Shown here piece after piece: positions 25,601 to 36,553 of a DNA stretch of 64,000 nt. Position 1 is the first letter of the stretch. Each line of letters begins with the position of its first letter. The notes under the pieces were generated by a model. The model did no database searches. It saw only the letters and a program-made list of their open reading frames with translations, and was not told the origin of the DNA. Both the position numbers and the translations under genes were made by a program. The stretch comes from Vitrella brassicaformis CCMP3155. Its lineage: Eukaryota; Protista; Chromerida. The stretch covers positions 1 through 64,000 of the forward strand of contig CDMY01000562.1 of NCBI GenBank assembly GCA_001179505.1, in the 5' to 3' direction.

Positions 25601-27260
25601 GAAGCGACCGTTGAGGAGGCCAGCGATGGCCGGAGGCCTTTTAGAGGCCTCCTAGAGACTTCTCGCATCTCCTAGAGACCCCTGCGAGAGCGGGCAATGA
25701 GGTGGTTCACCGGATCTAGAAGACAACGTATGCCAGCCGAGACACGATACTGCCAGTATTGGTTTTACGACTTGTGGGGCTGCCGGTGTTGTGTCTCAGG
25801 TGAATGAATTGTTCGAGTTGATCAACCAGGCTGGTGGAGCGCTCATTATGTGAATGCAGAGGGGCAGGAACTACACGATGAAGAACGGTGGTCTGCACTC
25901 GACGAGACAGAAGCACCAGCTGCTGCGTGTGTTATACGTGTAGATACATGAAGGGATACGCGCCGCCCCTCAATGTGCTTGTGCGGTTCGGTGGTGGTGT
26001 TATGGCACAGCGGACGTGCCGGGAATACCAGGGCATCCCACTGGTGGGCAGAAAGGATAGAGGGGGGGATGAATCTGATGTATCGTGGCGTATCTCTATG
26101 CTTGTGTGCACTTGTCTTTCCGTCATCGGAACGTCTGCTTTATAGAAGGTGAGAGAGGACAGCCACCTCTCCTCTCAATGACTCATTTGGTAGTTCTTTC
26201 ATTCAGGTATTCGTCAGTTTTCATCGGCTTTCACCCTGTATGGTCCGCAGCCTTGCCGCAGCCGCTGTTCGCCGTCGGTTATTGTGCCTAAGATGACAGC
26301 TGACGGGCCTGCGCTGCCGCTGATGAAAGTGTTACCCCTGTTGCATCAAATCACAAGGGGACGGCGCCAAACGAGCCGCACTGATGGAGGCATTCAAAGA
26401 TGTGCACAACCTCTGCATGGATGCCTCGGGCAGCATCGCCCGCTACGCTTTCACCACCCTCTCTACGATGCTCACGACAAGGCAGCTCGCGTCCAGCGGC
26501 CAAATGAAAGGGAATATCAAAGCAAGACTATCAATCGTATGTACTGTCTCAAGTGAGGGATGCGAGAGGAGGGGCAAAGGCATATTGGTGTGTCATGTAT
26601 ATTGATTGGATGCAGAAAGCTGCTTCTGCCGCGCATCCGAGAAGACGGGGATGCGGCAGCAGACATTTATATCGTCTCTGGTGTTTTTATTCCACATGAG
26701 GTCCCGCATGTGACTACTCAGCGGACAGCAGAGCGGTACAACGTAGAGCAGTACATTATGGAGACCCTCCGTCGGCTGTTGGAGAGGTACATATGTTGAT
26801 ATGTTGAGAGGCGCCAGCGGTATGTGTACAATACATGCAAAGTGTCTGTCTGCAGACCTGGACCACGCGTATATGCCTGCCGCAACGTCGACTTTCACAG
26901 CTTGGGCGTTAAGGATGGCGACATATGGTCCAGCCGACATTTCGAGCCACTCTGGTATATTAACAGTTCGCACGACACGCCAGACGAGCCCGACGAAGAG
27001 GCTAAATCACGAGCGAACGCCAAATTCTTGGTTATATCTAGACTACCAAAAGCACCAAACGTTGTCGACCTCTTCCTGTTGCAGAACAAATCAAAACCAG
27101 GTGTGTCTCAGAAAGGCGTTACAAGTAGATATCCGTGATTGTCTCACTCATTGTCATCCATGCAATGCAAAACACCGTCGATGGACTCAAACTCTGACAC
27201 CCGAGACACGGAAGAAACGACACACAACGACACAGACATGCCAGGCACAATGGATGACTG
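22700..27260 (+). pseudogene. Decayed multi-exon gene(s) of unknown family
   Basis: Series of protein-like + strand frames (23207, 23656, 24350, 24806, 25350, 26284/26384, 26560, 26824) broken by in-frame stops and frameshifts, e.g. ...QIDVQMED*MRLIEH... Residual GT-AG junctions are visible. Boundaries are approximate. Confidence 0.4.
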
Positions 27261-27427
27261 ATGGCAGCTCAGCGAAGGTGTTGGTTGAGTGAATGCTGGC
27301 TGGGGAAAAGTCTGGACAAAAAAGTCAGTAAACAAAGTAGGCAAGCCAGCTCAGACGGACGACACGCGCCAGGTGAATCACATCCACATGTGTGCATAAA
27401 GTCACACTGAGAATGAAAGGACATACC

Positions 27428-28145
27428 TTACTGCACAACCGCGTCCGGATCACTTGTACATAAACTGCACAACCAGTTCTGGTCCACTATTGGTGACTTT
27501 GATAGAAGATCCAATAGTGGGTAACACTTGTGCATCTCACTCCGCAGCATGTCGTTGAACACCGCTCGCTCGCCGGCGTCAGTGAGGATGGGCTCGATGC
27601 ACTCGGCCGCCTCAGCCCCAAGTAGCCAGCAGCCGTCTCGAGAATCGTCATGTAGCTTTTCGTCTCTCCCAACGATACGGTTTCCCGATACGCGTAGATG
27701 TAACGACAAGTGTATGGACAGCCATCTTGGCCAGCGCCTGAATCACCTCCCCTTTCTTCTGTTTGACGCCTTCAGGCAGCCGGATGTCGTCTTGGTCGAC
27801 GTTGATGCCAAAGTAGCGGAGCTCACGCAGCACAGCCTTCTTGTTGACCGATGCCTCCACATAAATGGGCAGGCCGTGGCGGTGGAAGTCCAGCACATAT
27901 GGGAATGAACATCTCAGACACAGACGACACAACAGAAGGACACAAGCAGCCTCTCACGCGGCACGTCATTATTGCCTTCCCTGATGCACGTGCGTTACCG
28001 ACAGGTCCTGTTGGATGCACTGATACTCGGCAGTGTTCTCGTTGGCGACCAGCTGGCCCAGCAATGTCTGTGGGTGCCGCTCGATGGTCGTCCAGGTCAC
28101 GTGGACCGTCTGGCCGCCGACATCAAGTCGAATGGGAGTCGTCAT
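27428..28145 (-). pseudogene. BTB/POZ (KCTD-type T1) domain gene, probably frameshifted
   Basis: MTTPIRLDVGGQTVHVTWTTIERHPQTLLGQL ... FPYVLDFHRHG ... KKAVLRELRYFGI is the canonical KCTD BTB signature. The intron phase near 27920-28000 and the frame near 27700 do not join without indels. Confidence 0.65.
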
Positions 28146-28587
28146 TGCGACACGCACGCACACCTGCAGCACGACAGGCAACAGAGGCACACATGAATGT
28201 GGGCGAAACGCGCTGATCTTTGTCTGAGCTTCGTTCCCCCTTTCTATCTCACCCTGAGAGTAGCTAGGAGAACGATGGATGGGCCAAATGGGCCACAGCA
28301 ATTGGGCCACAGGGTCCTCACTGGAGATGCTGCAAAGAACAGCAGCAGAGCGATAGCTGATGAATCCTCAAGCATGCTACCTGCAGAACTTCGAGTCCCT
28401 GACCTTCCTGGATGCTCAGATGGACAGATCAACAAGCAGATCAGAAGCTACTGATCAAAGGACATGAACACGCGAGGGTCATCCGTGCCCCTCGTTGCCC
28501 CTCTAGCGTACAGGAAGGCGAGGACTCGGAAATACAAATGCATCATTCCTTCGCGTGCGCTCCAGGGTTTCGGTCCCTGCTCCCTCC

Positions 28588-28634
28588 AGGGTTTCAAACC
28601 CCGAAGCCCCACGCAGAGCTCGCACTGCGCTGCA
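28588..28634 (+). promoter_or_regulatory. Shared ~45-bp element, copy 2
   Basis: agggtttcaaaccccgaagccccacgcagagctcgcactgcgctgca, 70 bp upstream of the 28704 ATG. A partial tccagggtttc duplicate precedes it at 28561. Confidence 0.55.
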
Positions 28635-28703
28635 GAGAAGACGCATCGGATTCATACATCCATATATCCATATCTCCGTCCTTGTCCGCCAGATAGACAG
28701 ACG

Positions 28704-30612
28704 ATGTTTGGCGGCTTTCGTTCTGTGCTCCTTGGGTCCCTCTGTGTGGCTGCCACTGTCTCATCGGCATCACGACGACCGCTCGGCTTCATCCCTCAGC
28801 AGAGCGCTCATCGCGTCAGCAGATCTATCACTCCGCACAAACATCGCCCATCACACCCATCGCATCCGCCTGACCTCCGCAGCAGCGGCTCTCTGCTTCA
28901 TTCACCACCTACTGACCCCTACAGCACCAGCAGTAGCAGCAGGAGCAGCAGCAGGAGCAGCAGCAGGAGCAGCAGCAGCACCGGCAGGGGGCTGACGCGT
29001 CTGCAAGCATCGTCGATGGCGGACCTGCAGGAGTATCTGAATGTCAACCCCTGGTCGGTCAGCGCCGAGGACATTGCGGGTCAGCTGTTCGCCGCCTCTC
29101 TCTTCCCGTACCTGGCCTTCCTGTGGTTCCTCTCTCGCCCCGAGACGCGGATGCCGAGGCTGGCCAACTTCGGCTTCCAGTTCTTGCTGGTGTTTGTGGG
29201 CATGACCATTCCCGCTGGCATCCTTGCCAAGGTCTGGTACAACGAGAAGCTCGCCAACGTCGACTACCTCCACGGGGGCGCTGAGTCGTTCCTCACCGTC
29301 ACCAACCTGCTCATCGTTATCGGCATGCGCCAGGCCATTGTTGACGAGGTGCGGCAGCAGCAGCAAGTGCAACAGGGAGTGACGGCGACAGTGAGTGGGG
29401 AGAAGGGCGACTGGGCTGAGGTGACGGCCTCGGCTGTGCTTGGGAGGGTGGACAGCAAGGGCGGAGGGAGGAGGCTGGAGAGCTCGGTGGTTGCGGGTGT
29501 GGCTGTGCTGCTGGGCGCCTTGTCGGTGTTTTCTGATGCGCACCCTGAGCCGTGGAACGCCTTGTCGTTGCCGACGTGGGCCATCCACGTGTCGTCGCTG
29601 GTGGAGTGGCTGATCGCCATGGGGCTGATATGGCAGTACGCCGATGTGCGAAGGAATCCCGCTTGGAAGGGGCTCACATGGGGGTAGGATACGCCCACCG
29701 GGCACACAAACACAGGTGCAGGGAGCGGGTGGATGTGTGTGTGTGTGTGTGTCAGCATGTTGCCGCTTCATTCGAGTGGCATCTGCGCGTGCACGTACCA
29801 CTTCTTCTACAACGCCAGCCAACTTGACTTCCTCGTCGGGCTGCAGGTCGGTGGATGAGATGGTGCCAAGACGAAGACAAGACGCATACCTTGACAGACA
29901 GACAGACAGACAGACAGAAAGACACCGCAGTGTCTATCGCTTCCTTCCCCTATGTGTGCAGGCCTTCCTGACGGTCGTGGGAGACACAACCTGCGCCCTC
30001 GCTGCCTGGCGGATATGGCAATCGGAGAAAAACCTTCCGACGCCCGCCACCGACACACATCCACAAACACAACCACAGCCACAACCACAGCCGCAACCAC
30101 AGCCGCAACAAGCCTCACGACTGCCGGGTAAGTCGAGGCGAGCGAAGGAGGGAGGGAGGCGCCACTCCAACACACCACCCACACACACGTGGCTGTGGTT
30201 CGTGTGTGTGCTATGCAGACGGCGCGACCGTCGCCCAGTACAGTGGTGGAGGTGCGGGCGGGGGGAGCCCTTTGAAGGGGTGGGAGGACCTGGGTGAGCT
30301 CTTCGGGCAGGACTCCAACCTCAGCTTCGGCCTCAAACTCGCAGCCATATCCGTGGCAGTGTCCGCCGCGGTCAAATACGGCGAGGTAGGTTAGCGGGAG
30401 GGAGACGGCCGATGGACTGTCTCACACGAGATGGACCGTCTAAGCGTGAAAGTGATGTGTGTGTGCGTTTGCTGTGTGTACAGTTGTATCTTGACCTGCC
30501 CTTCTCCCCGTCCCTCACCCCGGCGCTGGCCATCATCGGCGTGCCGACACTTCTCAACAGCGTCAAGTGGGCCTTGCGGAGCAGAAACAGCAGCGCCGAC
30601 CTGCCCTTCTGA
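28704..30612 (+). CDS. Plastid-targeted DUF3593 + DUF2499 (Ycf49-like) membrane protein
   Basis: Bipartite leader MFGGFRSVLLGSLCVAATVSSASRRPLGFIP. DUF3593-type LFAASLFPYLAFL...NVDYLHGGAESFLTVTNLL. Ycf49-type HPEPWNALSLPTWAIHVSSLVEW...WKGLTWG|MLPLHSSGICACTYHFFYN...LQ|AFLTVVGDTT. Ends ...SSADLPF*. Confidence 0.88.
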
Positions 30613-31238
30613 CGGTCCACACATGCATGTGCCGCTTTTCTTCCCCGGAGAGGGGTATTTTTCGTGTAAACCGGTGTGGTGCTTTCTTTGTGTGGGGGAT
30701 GGATGGATGGGTGGGGGGTGACGTATGAGGGTGAGATTTTGAGCCTCTCTCTCCATCGGGATCTCTACTGAGAGGCGATGGATGGAGGTATTGATGCCGT
30801 GTGAGAGGTGGGGCTTTTTCCATGTGGGTGCACTGCGACCGACCGCTTTGGTCTGGACATTGTTGGGGTGGTGGGGTGGGGTGGGGTGGGGTGGGGTGGA
30901 AGGTGTTAAAGCTCATTCAAAGTCAGTGATAGGCAACAGGTACGGGGCACGGACACACGGAGACACACACAGAGTTGCCGGCTGGTCCGACTCTGCTGGT
31001 TTGGTTGCACCAACCACATCCATCCATCCATCCAGACACACACAAGGGAAGGTATGTAGCTATAAAATCCGTCGCGCAACATAGTGGACGTGCAGGCACT
31101 CACCTCACTCGTCCTCCTACTCTTCATTCGTTGACTATACACCACCCCACACACAGACGTCCTCGCCGCCCATTCGCTCCCAGGCTGGCTCCCTGGCTCT
31201 AGATATAGCTCCATGGGTCGCTTCCGCGACCACCGAAA

Positions 31239-31538
31239 NNNNNNNNNNNNNNNNNNNNNNNNNNNNNNNNNNNNNNNNNNNNNNNNNNNNNNNNNNNNNN
31301 NNNNNNNNNNNNNNNNNNNNNNNNNNNNNNNNNNNNNNNNNNNNNNNNNNNNNNNNNNNNNNNNNNNNNNNNNNNNNNNNNNNNNNNNNNNNNNNNNNNN
31401 NNNNNNNNNNNNNNNNNNNNNNNNNNNNNNNNNNNNNNNNNNNNNNNNNNNNNNNNNNNNNNNNNNNNNNNNNNNNNNNNNNNNNNNNNNNNNNNNNNNN
31501 NNNNNNNNNNNNNNNNNNNNNNNNNNNNNNNNNNNNNN
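31239..31538. other. Assembly gap (300 N)
   Basis: Run of N between the Ycf49-like and ClpB genes. Confidence 0.99.
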
Positions 31539-31759
31539 CCCCACAGAGGACAGAGAGGAGTGGGTGCGTACCAAGACGATCGAGTATGAAGCCCTCTGTC
31601 TCTCTCTCTCTCTCCTCTTGCCCTCTCCCTCCCTTGCCTTGCCCGCCTGAGTGGATGGGCGTGGCGTACGACTGACTGCCTGTACACGCGACACGGACTA
31701 GTGAGCTTCTCACTTGGCTGCTTGCTTCATTCATCAGGGGATCGATCACACATGGGGAG

Positions 31760-32826
31760 CTATGACAGCACCGGTTCTTGTGGCTGCGACGGCGGGGACG
31801 GCGGCACCTCGGTCGTGCGGCCGGGGACGCTCAGCACCAGACGGTCGTTCTTCACCGCAACCGATATCAGGTCGCCTGCACATCACGGTGAGAGTGTGTG
31901 TGCCCATCCTCCTCGATCGTCCCTCCTCACTGACTGACCTTCTTTGAAGTCTCCCTTGAGGATCCCCTTGGCGATGGGTGTCTCGACTTCCCTCTGGATG
32001 GTCCTCTTGAGCGGCCGCGCGCCGTACTGCGGGTCGTAGCCGATGTCGGCAATGTAGGCCATGGCGTCCCCGTCGACGCGCAGCTTGATGTTCTTGTCGA
32101 ACAGACGCTCGGCAACCTTGGCCAGCTCCAGACCTACGATCTCACGCAACTCTGATGACACAAACATAGAGAGAAAGAAAGAGGGAGAGAGAGGGTAAGT
32201 GGTTGCCTTGGTTGGTCGATCAGTGCCTGCCTGGCATGCTGGCTGCTTACCGTCTTTGACAAGCGAGTCGAAAATGACAAACTCGTCGATGCGATTGAGG
32301 AACTCGGGGCGGAACGTCTCGCGCACGGCGTTCATCACACGCCTGCACATGACACAACACAACACATATCACATAACACATTTCCCACTCTGTGTGGCCC
32401 GTGCCCCTTTCTCTCTCTCTCTCTCTCGTTGGCGTACGTCTTGATCTCTTGCGACAGAGATCGGTCTCCGGCGAGTTCCAGGATGCTGGTTGAGCCGATG
32501 TTGGAGGTGAATATGATGATGCAGTTCCTGAAGTTGACGGTGTTGCCCTTGCTGTCCGTCACGCGCCCGTCGTCCAGGATCTGCAGCAAGATGTTAAACA
32601 CGTCGGGATGGGCCTTCTCCCTGCACACACACACACAGACACGCCGCGGCAAACCAAACCGACACACAAGTGTATGGTGTTTGTCGTGTGTCTGTCTGTG
32701 CTTCGTGTGGCTGACTACTGACATTTCGTCGAAGAGGATGACCGAGTAGGGCTTCCGTCTGACTGCGTCGGTGAGCTGCCCGCCCTGCTCGTAGCCAACG
32801 TACCCCGGGGGCGCGCCGATGAGCCG

Positions 32827-32862
<36 letters not shown>

Positions 32863-32891
32863 CAGGCGGATCATGGCGTCCTCTACACACA

Positions 32892-32924
<33 letters not shown>

Positions 32925-35900
32925 GGAGAGACAGATCAACATCACCTCAATCAACAGATCGGCCCGTGCGCTGCCTACCCGTGTCAAACATGTACTGCGC
33001 CAGCGCTTTGCAGAGCTCGGTCTTGCCGACGCCAGTGGGTCCGAGGAAGACAAGCGACGCGATCGGCCTGTCCGGGTCGTTGAGCCCCGCCCTGCTCCTC
33101 TGAATGGCCTCCGACACCACCTTGACAGCGTCGTTCTGGCCCACGACCCTCTTGTGCAGCTGGTCCTCGAGATTCATGAGCTTGTCCCTCTCAGTCTGGC
33201 TGAGCTTCTCGGCGGGTATTCCGGTCCACATGGAGATGACGGTAGCGATGTCCTCGACAGTGACCTCGTCGCGGAGGAGCCGCTGGCCGCCCGCCGTCTC
33301 CTCGTTGTACTTGTCTTCCTGGTCACGAAGCTGCTTGTCCAAATCAGGCAGCGTCTCGAACCGAAGCTCAGCTGCACGATTGAGGTCGAAGTCACGCTCG
33401 GCTGCAGGCAGGCAGGCAGGCATACACACACAGAGGGAGGAGGGATTGAGGGGCCCGTTGGCTTGGCTGTGTGTTTGTGGATGTGTGTGGATGGTGGATG
33501 TGTGTGCGTGTGTGTGTACCTTTATCGATTTCGACTTTGACGACATCGATTCTCTCCTTGAGAGCCCTGATCATGTCCACGCGCGACTTCTCCTTGCTCC
33601 ACGCATCCGTCAGAGAACCCTGCACACACACGCACGCACGCAGGAGCAGTCATTCAATCAGCCGGCCTCTGTGGATGGATGGATGGATGAGTACGTCAAG
33701 GTGTGGTGTCCGCTGTGCACCTACCTGTTCAGCCTTCAGCCTCTCGATTTGGCTCTCGATGCTGCGCAGCCGCAGCAGCTCCTGCTCGTCCTCGAGAGTG
33801 CGCTTCCCATCTGCACAGAGATACACACACATACACAGAGTCACAACATACTTCCCATTTCCTGCCTGCCACTGACCTCCGGTGATTGAGATTTTCTCCA
33901 TCTCCAGCTGGATGAGTTTCCTGTCGATCTCGTCGAGCTGCACGGGCTTGCTCGTGACGGCAATCTTGAGCCTCGCGGCGGCCTCGTCCACCAGGTCGAT
34001 GGCCTTGTCGGGCAGGAACCGGTCGCTGATGTACCTGTGGCTCAGCTGGGCCGCAGCCACGAGGGCCGAGTCGAGAATGCGGACACCGTGGTGCACCTCG
34101 TAGCGCTCCTTGAGGCCGCGGAGGATCGACACGGTGTCCTCGACCTGCGGCTCGTCCACCGACACCTGCTGGAAGCGGCGCTCGAGGGCCTTGTCCTTCT
34201 CGATGTACTGGCGGTACTCGTTCATCGTCGTCGCGCCGATGCAACGCAACTCGCCGCGGGCAAGCATCGGCTGGACAATCACACAGACAGATCGACACAG
34301 ACAGATGGACATAGAGAGGTGAGGAGACGGAGATGGATAAGATCGATCGTGTTGGCGTCGGTCGCACCTTGAGGAGGTTTCCAGCGTCCATGGCGCCGTC
34401 CGATGCGGCCCCCGCGCCGACGACGGTGTGTATCTCGTCGATGAACATGACGATCTGCCCCTCGGCCTCCTGCACCTCCTTCAGGACCGCCTTGAGCCTC
34501 TCCTCAAACTCGCCCCGGTACTTGGCACCTGATCCATGAATGGCGGCAATGGATGGATGGATGGCTATGTGAGCGGCTGGCTGGCTGACCTGCGATCATG
34601 CCGCCCATGTCGAGTGCGACGAGTCTCCTGTTCTTGAGGGAGTCGGGGACGTCACCCGACACGATCCGCTGGGCCAGCCCCTCAACGATGGCAGTCTTGC
34701 CCACACCTATATATAGGTAGACAGACAGCCACACGTACAACCAACAGATGGATGAACAGTCAGCGTGGGGCGGGCGGCCTGTGCCCATCCATCCATCCAT
34801 GTGCGTGGCCTTACCAGGGTCGCCGAGCAGGATGGGATTGTTCTTGGTCCGTCGGGAGAGGATCTGCACCGTCCGCCTGATCTCGGTGTCACGACCTGCA
34901 CGCAATGACACAGACACAGAATGAAGGACATGCAGCCTCTTATTGTCTGTCACGTCACCGCAACACGCACACACACCGGCAGAGGTTCATAAGGACACCT
35001 CCTCGCCTACCGATGACGGGGTCGAGGCGGCCGGCCTTTGCAGCTTTGGTGAGGTCCCTGCTGTACTTCTCAAGTGCCTCGTAGCTGGCCTCTGGGTTCT
35101 TGGACGTGACCTTCTTGGACCCCCTGATCTGATCCACACCGTCCTTGAGCTTGTTCATCGACACATTCTGACGCTGCAGAGCCGTCCGAGTGAACCTGAC
35201 GCACACACAAAACAAGGAGATGGACAAAGGGGAGTGGGGGCCCCCCGTGTGTGGGTGTGTGGTGTGTACTTGGTGTCCTCGACGGCGAGGGCGAGCATCA
35301 TGTGTTCGATGGAGATGTACTCGTCTCTGTATTCCTTCTTGTATCGCCTTGCGGTGGTGAGGACGTTCTGCAGCCCCCTTCCCAGCACCTTCTGCTCGCC
35401 GCCGCCAAACCCCATCATCTTGGGCATGCTCTTCAGGTGCTGGTCAAGCTCCTCCTGCAGCGTCTTGACGTTCGCACCGGCCTTGAACAGAATGCGCTGC
35501 GCCAGCCCGTCAGGACCCTCATCCAGCAACGCTGACACACACACACACACACCCCGACCCAAACCAGTGCATCATCCACACAGCAGGTACGCCGCCGCCC
35601 GTACGGCCCGTGTATGCCGTTGCCTCCCTCCCTCCCTCCCCCACTCACCTTTGAGGAGCATCTCGGCCTCGACGTATCCCGACTGGTATTTGTCGGCCAC
35701 CTGGTTGAGCTGACTCATGGCGTCCCATGCCTTCTCCGTGTAGTCGTTGGCGTTGATCGTGTACCCATCTTGCATCCGCAGACTCGTCAAGGGCGCCACA
35801 CGACGCACGCCGCTCGGCAGCAACGGCCGCCGATGCCGAGCAATGGGAGCACGCACGGCTGACGCATCAGACAGGCAGACAGATGCACAGAACGACACAC

Positions 35901-36197
35901 AAGCAAGGCGACAGAGATGCGACGAGACGACAGACAAGCCGTGTCTGTGTTGTGGGCGGCTGTCTGTCTGTGCGTACCTGGCATGGCGAGAAAAGCTGAC
36001 GATGCATCACTGATGGCTATGGGGAGCCTCAGATCTGCAGGTGACACATCCATCCATCATAGCATTCCATGCACCCACCGACAGCACAGGCAGCAGTCCG
36101 GTGTGGGACACCCATGCGTTTCATGCATACCTTCCGCAGCAGTGGGCATGCCAAACAGCACGGGAGCCAGCAGCAGCAACAACGTCAGCTGCATCAT
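31760..36197 (-). CDS. clpB: ClpB/Hsp100 disaggregase, plastid-targeted
   Basis: Signal [16 protein letters not shown] plus transit region ([10 protein letters not shown]), Clp N-domain, LEKYSRDLT...[17 protein letters not shown]|[33 protein letters not shown], coiled-coil M-domain, [36 protein letters not shown] and [11 protein letters not shown]. Ends ...QEPVLS* at 31760. Confidence 0.97.
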
Positions 36198-36553
36198 GAC
36201 CCTCTCCCTCCCAGCACAGCGGATCTTCGCAAATAAGGAACCAGATCTTGGGCAGATGGCCTTCTCGGGGGTCGCGATGGCTGGAAGACAAGAGAGAATG
36301 AGGCAAGACACACGCGAATTAGCTCGCGTTTCGGGCTAGAGCCGATCTGGAGTTCGGCCGTGCCATAGGCTTGTTGCGGTGCAGAGATCTGGACTGCACT
36401 TGTGCGTTCAGTGTGCTTCTTGTCGGTGAACGACGGCCCCGATGAAGCCATGATTCAGCCAGTCAATTTGTCGCACTGACGAGTGTGGAGGTTGGTTCGA
36501 CGCGCAGGGTAGCTGATTGGTGCTCCCGAGGCTCTCCCGAGTAGTGCCAAATA

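Noticed and set aside
23868-25680. Short direct repeats (gaaagttaatgaa x2 near 23870-23900; ctcctagagac x2 near 25646-25680) as target-site duplications
   Set aside because: The copies are adjacent with no intervening element, consistent with local slippage duplications.
30900-31700. Gene spanning the first N gap
   Set aside because: ORF-track entries are inflated by X residues. The short flanking frames could be exons of a small gene, but neither strand gives a supportable model.
36480-36540. tRNA-like GGTTCGA sequence
   Set aside because: No acceptor stem, D-arm or anticodon arm can be formed around it.
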